Source of the DNA: Podarcis pityusensis
Taxonomy: Eukaryota
Strand: one strand, 5' to 3'
DNA length: 64,000 nt
Assembly: GCA_964106645.2 (NCBI GenBank)
Contig: OZ067041.1
Shown: positions 39,066-52,934 of the stretch, piece after piece
How the letters are laid out: every line of letters begins with the position of its first letter
Position numbering within the stretch: the stretch's first letter is position 1
The notes under the pieces: model-generated
What the model saw: the letters and a program-made list of their open reading frames with translations, nothing else
The model's database searches: none
Told to the model about the DNA's origin: nothing
Program-made: the position numbers and the translations under genes

Positions 39066-42000
39066 ACAAGGAACCAGCCTTAATCCTAAAGACACAAGTT
39101 CACTCTCTTCAGTCTCTTCCACCAATCTCTTGCTAAACGCCCCTGTTTACAAGTCCTGTTCATGAGCTTCCAGAGACTGCAGTCAGCTAAATAGAACCGG
39201 CAATTCCTTCTATTATGCCATTGCTTCATTCCTGGCTTGTTAAATAACCACTGTTAGAACCAACCACAGTTCCCTTAATTCAGATGTAATAGGAAATCTA
39301 CCATTAAAATTAAAGCTTTCCTTCTCCCCTCCTTACATCTGAAGGAGTGACTTTTCATGCAGGCCTGTAATTGAGAATCATGTTCTCCATACCTACAGAC
39401 ACACCCACAAATATTCTCTCTTATTCACACACCACAAGATCCTGCACTAAGCTGTCAGGCCCCTTGCTAGTTTATGCTGCTTATTTTCATGCTTTCATTT
39501 CCAGATTATCTATGATTTACACAATTTTTGTCTCTGCAGAAATCAGGCAAAGCTCAACATGTTTTAGAGGGCTGAAAAGGGTTTGTTTGTTTCTTTGTTT
39601 TAACATTGGGCTTCTTTTTCCCAGCCATATCCTCAGAATGAAAAATAAATAAACTAATAAACTAAGCTATTATTTCTTCAGTGAGAAGAGTTACTGTGTT
39701 CCTGTTCCAAAAATAAAATGATCGGAGCCAACGTGTATGTAAACCTACTCCACATTCTCATGTGCAGCAAATTTGGCATAGTGGAACTCAGTGGACCTGA
39801 AACAATATAGTACAGTTGTTCATCACCATAATCTTGTGGGGGGGGGGTTAGGGAGACCGAAGGGAAACACAGCCCACACCTGTTTGCAGAGATGACTTTG
39901 GCTGTATAAATAAGCATACCAGCTGGTTCCTAATCAGCTGTGATCACTCTGACATATAATGTAGATTGTTCACGAGCTTGAAAATGAATTTTGTGACTAG
40001 CCAAGCTTCATTTTATACTACACTGTGGAAACATGCGTGAGAAATGGGCAGCAGCGGTGTGGCACAGATGCTCAAATTCAGCTTGCTGCAGTGATATCTT
40101 TACTCAAATCAGCATCACAAGCATTATTACAATGTTGTTGTTTTAAAATGTGAGTCATCTATATTTTGATGCATCCTCTTCCCACCCACACAAAAAATGC
40201 TTCTTGTTTGAGTCTTAAAGAACTAATTTGCATTAATTGTCATGCTTTGGGAACCAGTTAGTGTTAGTCAAGTTGTGTATCTCTCACAATGATATATTCC
40301 CTATAATTGCACATGTTGGTGGTTTTATGTCACTGTACTCGCTATCATTTCATCCAGGAAATCCAGAAAACTGTAGAATGCTGAGAATTCATTCCTAGCA
40401 CAGCACAGAATTAAAGTGACCAGAGTTTTCTTTATGCTGTGTCTGTAGTGCAGATATGCCTTAGGTGTATAGTACCACGGTAAATGAAAATGCCAATATT
40501 GGTTTGCAAAGGCTGTGGAAATTTGCAGTCAAAATAACTTTTCGCCTTTTGCTAAATAAGGGTATGAAGGGGTTAAAACCCACAGAGTTCCTGATTACTA
40601 GAGAGGGCACTGTGTGACATCACTTCCCTTGAGTTCTGTGGTGTGGGGAAAATACAAAAGGGCGAGCTTCTCTCCGATCCTGCACATCTGTATGGTCTCA
40701 CTAAGCCAAAGTTTGGCTTGGTATGTTGTGTGAACTAGTTAAGCCAGTTCACAGCAGAGGGGAGATTCAAACTGGGAGCTTCCAAATGTGCAGTCCAGTC
40801 ACTTAGCCACTATGTTACACCACACCAGTTCTCCTATTACACTATTTGTGTCTGAAATGACCGCTAGATTACTTTACATGACTTGCGAGTTAGCTGGACC
40901 GAAGTTAGCGACTACTGTTGCAACCAAGATGGTGTATCGGAGAACAGTACCTTTTGCTGTGCAAAGAAATCCCAGAGGATCGTGCCTTGGCACACTTATC
41001 ATTTAAAAGTATGAATTCACTTCCCAGCCCCCAATAATAAGCATTAAGGCTGGAAAATACTGTTAGGATTTATCTGCCTGTAAGCCAGGAATAGATAAGA
41101 GTTCCCTAGATAAGAATCGCTGTCAATATATTCATCATGGCAAACTATATGGATGGATTTTTAATCAGTGTTCTGAAGGTATTTTTGTGCTCCACATTTC
41201 TGTTCTGAGGCAGGGAGGCCTAACCTGTGTTGCTGAAATCACTCTGGTTTCGTCTTTCTCCCTCAACATCTCTTAAAGCTTTGTTATAGTTAGATGCATC
41301 AACGATGCTGAAAGTTGAAGAGTTCAGCTACAATACTGAGTGTTGTTGTTTTCTAAGAAAGAGGCTTCATTTTTCTGTCTTTTGCCTTTTGGACAATTTG
41401 ATGCTTTTTTCAAAAAACAAAAAACAAATGTTGATTGTTCCTGGATCATCTGGTCAGAGCTACTTCCAGTGTTAACATAAAATAAATCTTTTAAAGCCTG
41501 TGGAGTTTACAGTGGATTTGCAACCACAGCTGAGATCAGGATCAGGCTCTAAAGCTCTTCCAACCCATGCACTAACATTTTCACAGCAGTTAATCACCTT
41601 GAGGTAAAGAGCTTAAGTACACATTTTACGAGTGCTAAGTAAGGACTTGTTTGGCTGTTTAGTCTATTATTATTTTGCTGTTCATCTGTGTAAATTTGAT
41701 TTAGAACAGATCTGTGGGTACTACTGTTCCGTAGTACTTGGATTTATTTGTTTAGCAGATGTTCTTCGATAAAGGTGTGTGTTTTCGTACACCTGTGCAA
41801 GCACCCTTTAACTTGCATCCTCCGTAAAAGAACTTGGGGGGGAAATGCGAAGAAGAGCTGAGAAGAATAATGGATGACTTAATAGTTAGGAATACATTTC
41901 AAATGTCAGAGGCAAGGTAAATCTCTTTCTCGCTCCCTCCCTTTCTCCCACTTCTTCTTTAGTGAGGAGTTTCAAATAATATAGTGCTACTACATTCCTT

Positions 42001-44335
42001 TGAGGCTAAGACTAAATGAGAGCTTGAAATACTCCCTGAAGAAAGGTTAGGCTTCCCTATTAGTTGAACTCATTTGTATGCGCAGAGTTGTCAAATTTCC
42101 ATCGTGTGCTCGCTCACTTTGATTCACTTTTCCCGTTCTCGTGTATCTGAGTGGCAACATACTAAAAGAGCAAGAGTGTCACAGATGATTAGAAAGAACA
42201 AATATTCCAGGCAACATCCTAAATTATCTTTTAGCAGGAGCAGTGCTCGCTGGAGGTTCTCTCTGGGGCTGTGAAGATGATTCAGTGAGCTCTAATTGAA
42301 ACAAATATGTGGGGAAGAAAAATACACTTTCTGGATTAATGGTGCACAGAGTTATATCCTCAACCTGGTTTCCTTCGGGCTTTCATTTTAAGCGTATGCA
42401 CACACAGCTGACGACGATTCTGCAAAGCAATTTCCCACATTCTCTCATGAATTAACAGACATGATCAGCCACAGAGGTATTTGCCAGAAAAGAGGATGAT
42501 TAAGATAATGTTTATCTCATGCAGTTCATTACCTGCATTACATTTTTTAAAGTAGTCATTACAAGATAATTTTGTAACGTGGTATTATATGTGCAGCTGG
42601 GAAATGTTTTTTAAGGGGTCCAAACTGCGCATATAACGTGCAGCCTTTTAAAAAGCTGCACATTTTTGGGAGGGGTGAATGGTGGCAGCAGGTGATGGGG
42701 CAGTTTAACCCTTTCCTACTCTAAACAGCTTTTTGCACATCAGGGGAAAGATACAAGCACCCTATCATTTCTCACTGTTGGGCAAAAAGCATGGGAGGGA
42801 GGGCAGTCAAATTTGAGCAAAACATAAATATGAAGGGAAAGGGTTAAGCCGCTTTTCCTCCCTTCTGTTATTCCAATGAAACCCACAGTCTCCAGAGGCT
42901 GCTTTATTTATTTATTTTAAAAGAAACACCAGGATAGAAATGCACATGGCTCCATATAATGCATAGTTGGACTGCAATAAAATGTATTGAACAATCAGCT
43001 GTGTTTTCCCCAGTGTAAAAATAGCTTTGTGGAGAGAAAGCCCATAGAATTTAATGAGATTTTTTTTGAAGAGTGAACCCGTGCACTTTGTTTTGTCTTT
43101 TATTATTTGCTTAGGGAATGTTCTGTATTCCCATTGACCCAAATAATGAATGAGATCATTCCTTGAAAACTTGGTATTAGAATATGGCTTTGAACGTGAA
43201 CATCTCACTTGCGTTTGAGTTCTACACAGATGCACATTTGAAAGCTTCTGGTTCCTTTAAGAGACTGCCAGTAATTGCACCAGCAAATCAGTGCTCAGAA
43301 TGCAATATTAGGTGCTTGAAGAATAAAAATAAGAATGGATGTCATAATTATTTCAGCCATTATACTGGACTTGCAGGGTGACCTAGGATATTATGCCCAG
43401 TGTAGGAGCATTCTCAGATATCCAAAGGTAGGACAGAATGGGGATGGCAGTTATGGTGGGATGTGTGTGGAAACTAGGAGAGGATATAATAGTTAGATAT
43501 TATCCTTACTTATCACTTTGTGAGTACAGCAGAGTACTTCCCTTTGCAGCAAAACAGAAAGTTGTTGATTTCTTGGTTACAGCCTTTTTTATGAAGCAAT
43601 GCCTTGGTGCAGCCTGGATTCTCTTGGTATTTTCCCCTTTTATCCCACTGAAAACAACAATGGTGCAAAAACAGCATTCTTAGAATAAAATAAGAGTGTA
43701 TCACAGTTCACATTCAGTAGCAATCTAGAGACAGGCTTAGGTTGCAGTTACAGGTACATTTATGTATATATAAGGACAATAGAGTCTGAGTCTTTTGACC
43801 TCAGGCTCAAGAACTAGCTATCTCTGTAGAGATGTAGTGGCAGCAAGGTGGAGAGAGAGAGATGGCCATGTTACTAGCCTTTTACATAAGTTACGCCCAT
43901 CTCTACCTGGCCGCACCTGGGGGGAAGTGGCTCCCACAGGTTTGACAGGAAGTCCTCCTTGTTGGAGCCACATTCCGCTGAGTGCCCCTTCTAGCAAACA
44001 GGAAATATTGGACTTGATTGCTCTTTCTGGATATCCCACAAGTTACCCACCATCTAGACAGGATGGAGCTGGTGAAGCTGTTGTAACGCCCCTAAGCTAT
44101 ATTGGTGGGATTGTAATTGTTACATCGTTTAGTAGTTTGGGCAGTACCTATTTGTCTTGTAGAAAAGGCCGCCATGACTTCCTTGGTGCGTGCCGTGGTG
44201 TACTCCATTGCAGCTGTTTGTGTCTAAAATACCAGGACGTTGCCATCCACCTAATGCTTAAGAATGGCCGCTGCATCTGTGTATGTCTAGGATTACAGAA
44301 CAGCAAATCATTACTCAAACACACACATTGCTTAA

Positions 44336-44338
<3 letters not shown>

Positions 44339-44377
<39 letters not shown>
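44339..44377. repeat. (CA)n microsatellite
   Basis: Seen directly. Confidence 0.95.
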
Positions 44378-44380
<3 letters not shown>

Positions 44381-44470
44381 TTAAATACCTTCTTTGTCTG
44401 TGTGTGCAGTTCCTTGATCCCTCCATTCATCAAAGACAACGTGTTTTGTATAACAGGTACATTTGGAATT

Positions 44471-44529
44471 TGGGGTGGGGTGGAGATAAAATGAATAGAT
44501 GGGGTGGGGTGGAGATAAAATGAATAGAT
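44471..44529. repeat. 29-bp tandem duplication
   Basis: TGGGGTGGGGTGGAGATAAAATGAATAGA present twice, exact. Confidence 0.9.
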
Positions 44530-44539
44530 CATTAAGATA

Positions 44540-44942
44540 CCAACATTTGAGAAAGATGCCAAGAAGCTGGCTCAAGTTTAGATGAGATGGAGGTGAGAAC
44601 ATGTCTTGAATGTAAAATCCTAAAGTTGCAAACTGGGTTTGTTTAGGTTGAGGCAGACAAGATTAAGGGAAGCCTATGATGTCAGTGTTCAGATATTTCA
44701 AGGGTTCTGAAATAGAAAAGGGGGGACGACAATTTTCTTATCAAAGCAGGGCAAGAAGCAATGTTGTTAACCTATGTAGGGCTATAGGTCAAGATGTCCA
44801 GGGAGGATGTGGGGTGCACTTTTAAGGTAACATTTGGATTGGCTTCAGGGATATTTATAGGTATAAGATGACTTGCTTAGTGACAGGGTGTTGCAGTAAA
44901 TGATCCAATGGCTCCCTTCCAGTCATGCAATTTTATAATTCT
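44540..44942 (+). mobile_element. Highly degraded CR1 3' fragment
   Basis: AAGATTAAGGGAAGCCTATGAT...TTCAGATATTTCAAGGG; end GCTCCCTTCCAGTC...TAATTCT. Confidence 0.55.
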
Positions 44943-46455
44943 CTGACTTGTCTATATACTGACAGAGTTTGAAAATATCCATTCAAACTTTTAAAAAAAA
45001 ACTTAAGATGTGTTCTAGGCTAGGATCAAGTTGGAGGAAGAGAAACTGGGTCATGTTAGAATAAATTGTATTCTGCTCTGATTCCGCTGCCCCTTTGCAT
45101 AATATAACAAACAAAGCAATAATACTGATGGAATGTAGGAGAGCATCCTGTTGTTGCTATTGAAACATCATAAATCTAATCAGTAGATCATTTTTGTTTC
45201 ATTCTTAATTCTACTTCTTACCCAAACTCACTGGGAAAAACAAAATGTGTGCATATCTGCCTGGTTGGGAGGAAAGGCATATATGGGGTGAAGAAGCAAC
45301 CAGAAATTTATCAAATGTACTCATTCTGTTAGCACAAGGATTTCTCTGCTTGCATGTGCCTCATGCACTCTCCCCAAATCTGCTATGGAGGGTTGGGGCA
45401 TCCCCAGAACAGACTTAGAGGGCTCAGGAGGGCACACAGGTAGAAGAGAGGAAGAGGAATTCCATTGCACAGCCAATATATTGTGCACAGACAGAATAAG
45501 TTTGTTGCATGCTGCCCTATTTGTGGAAGTGTAGAAACTCGTACCTACTTGGATATAAATAAAGAGGTGGCTTCCCAAATACAGGATAGCTCGTGAGTGT
45601 TCAAATTACCCCAGAGGGTCTCTGATAAAAGCAAAAGTGTGGAGTCAATAAAAGCATTCCCAATAAAAGCTCCAGTGGCATGCTCTAAACACAGTTACTA
45701 TAATAAACCTTTTAGCACCAAGCTATCCCAATTAACTGTAATATCTTCCACCATTCAAAACCACTCCCTTACGATCTTCTAAAATGTTTAGGAAGGTGAG
45801 AGCACTGTGCCCTCTCATTTACCCAATTGCCACATCGCTATAATAGATATATTTTTTTTGTCTCACATTCAGCACTTCCTAAAAGTAATGACCCTTGGTA
45901 GCAAGACTGCAGAATGATTTTCTACTTTATTAGAGATTTAAGTCAATGCAAACATCCCTTTTGATTGATGAGCTGTATTAGAGTGGGTGATTCTCCTCTG
46001 CACCTTTTTGCATGACTTGATTTTTTAATATAGCACTAACTTCAGATGGACTATGACTCTCTAATGAATGGAGCAAGCTGTAGAATAAATCATATCCTTA
46101 GCAAAATGTACTTTGCTAACACATGAACTCCTCAGTTTTCCCCACTAGTATGCAATTTCTTCCTTTCAATATTTGTGCTTCAAAGTCTTGAGCGTTGTTA
46201 TGAATTATGGATCCGGGACTGTTTGATTTAATAGGAAGAATTTATTAAAATCAACTGTTCTTGGCCTAGGGTAGCTTCATTCTCCTCTTAAGTATGGAAA
46301 AAACCATGCCATTGTTCATTCATAGATATTTGAATTACGTTGCCTACCTGTTCCTTGAAACTTTGCAAATATAAGGAACTTAAAGAAATGATTATGGTTT
46401 TTAATTTCCCCCTGTTTTAACAAGTAGTAACATATAGTTACACAATTTCACATCT

Positions 46456-46728
46456 AGTTGGCATCCGTCTGTGTCAGGAGACAATGGAGGAGTGCACCTT
46501 TGGGGTGAAGTCAAACTGTTGGAGGGTTGCAGCACCTGTTGTGGCTGTGCAGACTGATACGGGAGAGACATGTTTTGTTGCAGCTGGGGCAGATGAAGGT
46601 GTCTGGTTGTGCTGCTGCAGATGCACCATAGCATTTCTTCTCTCTGCACTCCTTGCAGTGTTCATTCCTCCTCTGGCCACTGCTACAGATACACAATGTG
46701 ACTGTTTCCAGGTGCTGCGGTCATCTTC
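46456..46728 (-). mobile_element. RTE-clade LINE 3' fragment (non-BovB)
   Basis: DDRSTWKQ and the C-terminal zinc-finger-like FICPSCNKTCLSRISLHSHNRCC; ends ...GACGGATGCCAACT. Confidence 0.75.
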
Positions 46729-46755
46729 AATTTTTAAACTTCTACTAGTACTTTA

Positions 46756-47111
46756 GGGACGCGGGTGGCGCTGTGGGTTAAACCGCAGAGCCTAGGACTT
46801 GCCGATCAGAAGGTCGGTGGTTCGAATCCCCGCGACGGGGTGAGCTCCCGTTGCTCGGTCCCTGCTCCTGCCAACCTAGCAGTTCAAAAGCACGTCATAG
46901 TGCAAGTAGCTAAATAGGTACAGCTCCGGCGGGAAGGTAAACAGCGTTTCCGTGCGCTGCTCTGGTTCACCAGAAGTGGCTTAGTCATGCTGGCCACATG
47001 ACCCGGAAGCTGTACACTGGCTCCCTCGGCCAATAAAGCGAGATGAGCGCCGCAACCCCAGAGTCGGCCACGCCTGGACCTAATGGTCAGGGGTCCCTTT
47101 ACCTTTACCTT
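46756..47111 (+). mobile_element. Sauria SINE, full length
   Basis: Intact A-box region and B box (GGTTCGAATCC), ACCTTT tail, short flanking repeat TACTTT. Confidence 0.93.
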
Positions 47112-47148
47112 ACTTTGCAAAACTGGACTATTCCTGCCTCACATTCTT

Positions 47149-47486
47149 TGTTGTTGTTGTTTAGTCGTGTCCGACTCTTCGTGACCCCATGGACCAGAGC
47201 ACGCCAGGCACTTCTGTCCTCCACTGCCTCCCGCAGTTTGATCAAACTCATGCTGGTAGCTTCAAGAACACCATCCAACCATCTCATCCTCTGTCGTCCC
47301 CTTCTCCTTGTGCCCTCCATCTTTCCCAAGATCAGGGTCTTTTCCAGGGAGTCTTCTCTTCTCGTGAGGTGGCCAAAGTATTGGAGCCTCAGCTTCACGA
47401 TCTGTCCTTCCAGTGAGCAGTCGGGGCTGATTTCCTTCAGAATGGATAGGTTTGATCTTCTTGCAGTCCATGGGACTCTCAAGAGT
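47149..47486 (-). mobile_element. BovB 3' fragment
   Basis: ORF 47105-47491 carries the BovB C-terminus; 11-bp TSD CTCACATTCTT at 47138-47148 and 47487-47497. Confidence 0.93.
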
Positions 47487-48913
47487 CTCACATTCTTAGC
47501 AGTGCTATAATTGAATTACACTCAGGTCCTGCTTTTGAGGTTCACATAGCCATCTGGTTGGCCACTGTGAGAACAGAATGCTGGACTAGATGAGTCATTA
47601 GCCTGATCCAGGAAGATTTTCTCATGTTCTTATGGTGGTTATAGTCCTGGTGTGACCGCAACCTGGTTGCACCACAACCATTTGCAGTTTAAGACCCAAT
47701 ACCAGCTAAAGACCAGTCTATTGCCCAACCTGGTGCCCCCCAGATACCGTATCCTACAACGCACAGCAGCCTCATACGGCACACCTGCGGTTAATGGAAG
47801 TTGCGGGCCAAAACATCTGGAGTGTCCCTGCTTGGGGACTGCTGATCTACATTAAGAGTAAAAATGGATGTGGTTATTAATATCAGATATGAGTTCATGC
47901 TGTAATTTGACATACAAAAGCACTTGCCGGTAATAAATGCACACAGACTACTCAGTCAACCACTCCAGGATAATGAGGATTGACTGAGTGGCCGGAATGT
48001 CTTCATTAAGTGGTAAGTTATTTTATCAGAATAAAATATGCTGCCACAATCAACATCATGTTCGCTCTCAGGCTAGATAACTTGGGCTGATCTTCCACCC
48101 TCAGACATAACAAGCCGATTATGCCTCTTGCCCTTTATCATGCTGGTTATAGATCAATGTGCAGACAGGAATTTAAAAGATGCCTTCTAATCTTAATTGC
48201 ATAAGTATCTCTGTGATTGTACTCTGTTTGACACGTCTGGGTTCGCGTTCAAATGCGAATAAACCAAACACACTGTTTCAGGGGTAATGCAGCTTTCTCA
48301 CCAGGCTGACTCCTCAGAAGGCATGCAGGGGCCAGGGTGCTCAAGATCACTCAGACTCTAGGCCATCAAGTTCTGAGGCCCAGGGAGTGATGCAAAGGGG
48401 GCACGTACATAGTAAAAACCATGTGCATACTCAGTAAAATAAAGAAAACCCCAGCTGTATTAGAGGATCCAAGGGACTATAAGCAGGTATATAGTCACAG
48501 GTGGTCTTTATGTGTGCCATGACCTGAAGACCCAAGCAGGGAAAAGGGGACAGGGCAAATTGCTCAGACTGAAGAGGAAGTTCCAAAGGCAGGACTCTGT
48601 AGGGCTTTGTGGATCATGCTCAGGCAGGCTGGTACTTCAGTCTATACGTCACTAGTGATACAGGATGAGGTAAGGCATCAGAGCCTGACTGATGGAAGCT
48701 CTGTTTCCACCCTCCACTCCATGCTTTACATCTCTTGCTTAATAGCAAGCAACCCAGTGGGCTAATCTCCCTAATATGTAAACCTTTCCATGTCAAGGCC
48801 AGTTTTGATATAGGACTGTTTTCATACAAAGTATTCCCCACATACATTGTGTAGGTGATATAGCCCTACAAGAAAAGTTTATCGTATCACAAACAAACAT
48901 TTGAACCCATTTC

Positions 48914-48956
<43 letters not shown>

Positions 48957-49415
48957 TGCTTTTTAAAAAAAAAATGTTTAGGATTACTCTCATTTTCCTA
49001 CGCATATTGAAATACTGCCCCTCAACGAGGCCACACTTAGATTCACAAAATGTTTAGGGGTTTTCGTACCCCTTTGTACCCCCAGAAAAAAAGCACTGGT
49101 TACGTTTCCAAAATTTCATATATACGCTCCAAAACATATGTTTTCTTTGTTTTTTCTCAACTTCCCCTCCCATTTTCCATGTTGTTTTTAATTTCTCTGC
49201 TTTGCTGTACCCTGTCTTATTTTCTCTCTCTTCTATACGATAAACACCATGCAATAATCTCTCATTCCGTCTGTTGCTCATAGTTCAAATCCTGCTCACG
49301 AATTCATCATACTGTAAGATTTCTTTAAATATTCTGAAAAAGGCTTCCATTCTTCCCCAAAACAATCCTCATTAGGTTCTCTTATTTTTGCTGTGGACCA
49401 ACTTCTAATTTCGGT
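48914..49415 (-). mobile_element. L1 3' end with (TAA)n tail, interrupted by a MITE
   Basis: TAKIRE...EEWKPFSEYLKK resembles the L1 C-terminus near 9300; A-rich UTR; (TTA)n at 48914-48953. Confidence 0.6.
48954..49098. mobile_element. Non-autonomous DNA transposon (hAT-like)
   Basis: 11-bp perfect TIR CAGTGCTTTTT / AAAAAGCACTG. Confidence 0.75.
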
Positions 49416-52400
49416 TTGAGACCTGGTGATGTGGACAGGACTCCTGCAGTGATGCAACTGGCTTCCTGCTGTCTTGACTGCTGCCAATCCTGGCTGGTGA
49501 AAGCCAGTCAGGTGGGGATGACTGGATGGGTCCAAGGTGTGGTGAATGTGTATTTACATGACAGAGTGGTGTCTGCTGCCCTTAAAAGGCATTAGTGAGA
49601 ATGGTTTACATTAAGATAGATATTTTATGCAGTGTCCCATCATAAGCGGCATTTAATGATTCAAATTTAAGTCGCCTCACTTTTCTCAGCAAAACCTTCT
49701 TGGTGGAAAGCCATATATTTTGAGGACGGTGCTTCTGAGAGGGCAGGTCATCTGGGCTGAATGTCTTTCACGTGGAAATTAATCTTCCTGCCAAGAGCAC
49801 AAGGTGTATGATAACCTAACCTGTGACAATTCCAACAATGTAATAAATGGCACTTCACTTTTATTTACTGATACTTCGCTCTGATATGAATAGAATCCAA
49901 CCAAAGAAATGTTAAATTAGCTCCATCATGCCCTTCTCTGTCAGCAGGCAGTGAATTATTAGCAATAAATAACTTCTGAAGGGAGGAGGCTTGCAGAACC
50001 GCCTGCGCTATAGCTCTGTTAATATAAATGAAGGGATTCTGTTTAAGCTGCCCATTTTGAAATCTGGGAGGCTACTATGGGGAAATGGCTCTTTAGCAGA
50101 TGGGAATGGCATCCCTACAAAATTTTACTTAGTTTTGCCTCATCCATAGCAGTATATGTGAGAATCACCGTCTTGGATAAGACCGAGATCTGTTGAACCC
50201 AGCATTGTTTTCAGCCAAATGCCTCTGGGGGACTCTCACAAAAAGGACTCCCAGCAGATTTCCCCTCTTTTCTTTTGGCCAACAATTCAAGCTGCTGCCT
50301 ATGTTCATTATCTGCAAAGCTTTGCCCTGATTCTTTCCTTACTCTCAGTTTCTGAGGGGCAATGGAGAGATTCAGTGCCCCGTGTGAACTTGACTGTGTC
50401 CCCTGCAGTATGCCTGAGAACCATCTGCAATGTTTTTGAGAGCCATTGATGTGTAAAATGTCACAAGCCTAAAATATTAAGGGTTGTGTTCAGCTAAGTT
50501 TCACTCAGTGTGAATGAACCTATTTAAATCAATGCAGATAATTTAGGCAGTGGTTCTATACACAAGAAGCTGGCACAAAGCAAGCAGGTGTAAATTGAGC
50601 CAAGGTGAAGTTACACCAAATCAAAACTCTGTTCCAGAAGCATCACTACCATTGGTTGAGCTGGCCTAAGTTTGGCAGGAGGAAAGCAAGACTTTGACAT
50701 ATCGTTTGAGTTGCACCATTCTTTTCGCTGGCTAAACTTATGCTGGGTTGCCCGTTGACATGACCAAGCTGAATTGACATAGGATCCATCTCAAGCCCCT
50801 ATCCTTGGTCCTGTCCCAGAATGCCCTTTTTCAGGTTCTATGCAGGATTAAGACCCATCAGGTCAGCTGGTTCCCATTTGAGACAGGATGGGGGAGATAC
50901 ACCAGCATATTTCCACGAGCTGAGGGTGAGGGAGTTAAGCTGACACAGTGTTGCTGTGCCAGGAACATGTCAGCTTAGCCGGAGATCTGCAAGATCCTAA
51001 CCCACACATCCTGAAAGACTTTGCTACAGGACTTCTCCCCAAGTCATGTTCATTAATTTCACTGGTTCTGCTCTGAGTAAAATGTCACTGGAGGCCAAAA
51101 TATCCCATCACTGCATAGAAAAACTGTATGATTAGAAGGTAAATAATTCAGCTTGGGTCAGAATGATAGAATCGCAGCTGAAGGCAAACTCAATGCTTTT
51201 GAGAGTGTGCCCTAGAATGGGGAGCCTTTGGCCATCCAGATGTTGTTGAACTCCAGCTCCCATGTCTATATCTGTTGGATGTACTCGCTAGGGCTGATGA
51301 CAGTGGAAGTCCAATCTAAAACTGACTCTGCCCTAGACTATACCCAATACTGTTCCTCAGGCACACACCGCTGAAGAACATCAGGGACCTTGACACTGAG
51401 GAACATTGGAAACTGTGCCTCAAAAGTTTGGAAATGTGTGAATTTCAAAGGATTGCTGCATTTTGGTTCACACATTTGAAGTGTGAAGTAGATTCACATT
51501 AAAATGCAAACCAAACTGAATTTCTCCTCCATCCCTGGGGGGCAACCAATATAGGAAAAGCTGAAACCCATGGGCATTGCTAAAGAGTAGCACCAGAGGC
51601 CTGGATCGCCTGTCACTTACTTAACCCAATAATTGGGGGGGGGCATTCTAAAGGAGAAAGAAGGTACTGAGGAACATTTAAGAGGAGAACCTCTCAGGGT
51701 GGGATGGTTCATAAAGGTACTTGGTCCAAATTCCTTTCCATAAAACGTTGCATAAATGAAAACAGTTTGCAGACCTAGAAGAGGTTTTCAGAGTACTATC
51801 TCCTCTCTCAATTATTATTTTTCTAAAAACAAATCCTATAAATTCTTGGGGAACTTTCAGGTCTAAATTGCATCTTACCCGTAAAAGGAAAAGTTCAAAC
51901 ATAAAAGCCACATACATGAAAGTGCTGGAAGAAGCACCAGAAATGACAGCATACTTCTGGAACAGAATACGGACAATGTGTTCATTAGACTGAAATAGGC
52001 AATACTTGCCAATCATAAGTAATTTTACTGAACTATAGAGGGAGAAAGAATAATCTTGGGTGTGTGTTTTTTTCTTCCCCTCGAATCCTAAAACACATAA
52101 GTATTAATGTATGTTAATTATTTCCTTGCTTATTCCACAAAATGAAGCTGGCATAAGGAGGAAAGAGAAAGTTTTCAACAACCATTAGCATAAATCAGGA
52201 ATTCAAATCTGGGTGGTTCCCAAGTGACCCAATTAAAATATTATTCCATCTTGCCTTGTTGAAATTGTTTTAGAACTTGAGCAGATTATTTTCTTGGCTT
52301 CCACCTCAATAGCAAAAATGATTACAGTTGCAGTCTCAACCAAAACTGAATTTCTTGGTCTTTGTGGTCCAAGATCCCTGAGTATGTTGTCCTTCATAAC

Positions 52401-52934
52401 AAGCTGTTCCTTACTTGCAGATAACTTTGAACAGAAGCAGAACATGTCACGGCTGTAGCACGATATTGGTTGACTGATGGAAATACAGCCAATGCCACAA
52501 TAGGCTTTATTTTTAGATAACAATTTCTAATACATTTCTAAAATCTGTCCTGGGTATCTTCTTACTCTGTTGTAATTTAAACCCATGATCCCATCCTCAA
52601 AATAATTTAGTTGGTACAGCATCAGCACAATAAAGGAAAATTAATTCACATTAATTCACTCAGAAAGTATTTGCAGAGGAGTTACGCTTTCGCTTGGAAA
52701 AATTAATGATGAGTTACTCTGGGGATGGGGATGGAAGGTTTCCTCTGAGTATTTTGAGCTTGCCCACCCCCGTCCACACTTACTCACCTTTTGGAAGCCT
52801 CAACCTCACTCTGGTACTAACTATTTGTTTCTAAGCAGAAAATCCAGGTATTCTTGCATGCAGTAGTGTTCATATAGCCCATTGCTATATATAAGAAATC
52901 TGTTGATTGGGGCACTAATTCATCACTAGGACTA

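Noticed and set aside
43795-44523. 242-aa ORF
   Set aside because: Non-ATG start, runs through a (CA)n microsatellite and a tandem duplication, no recognisable domain.
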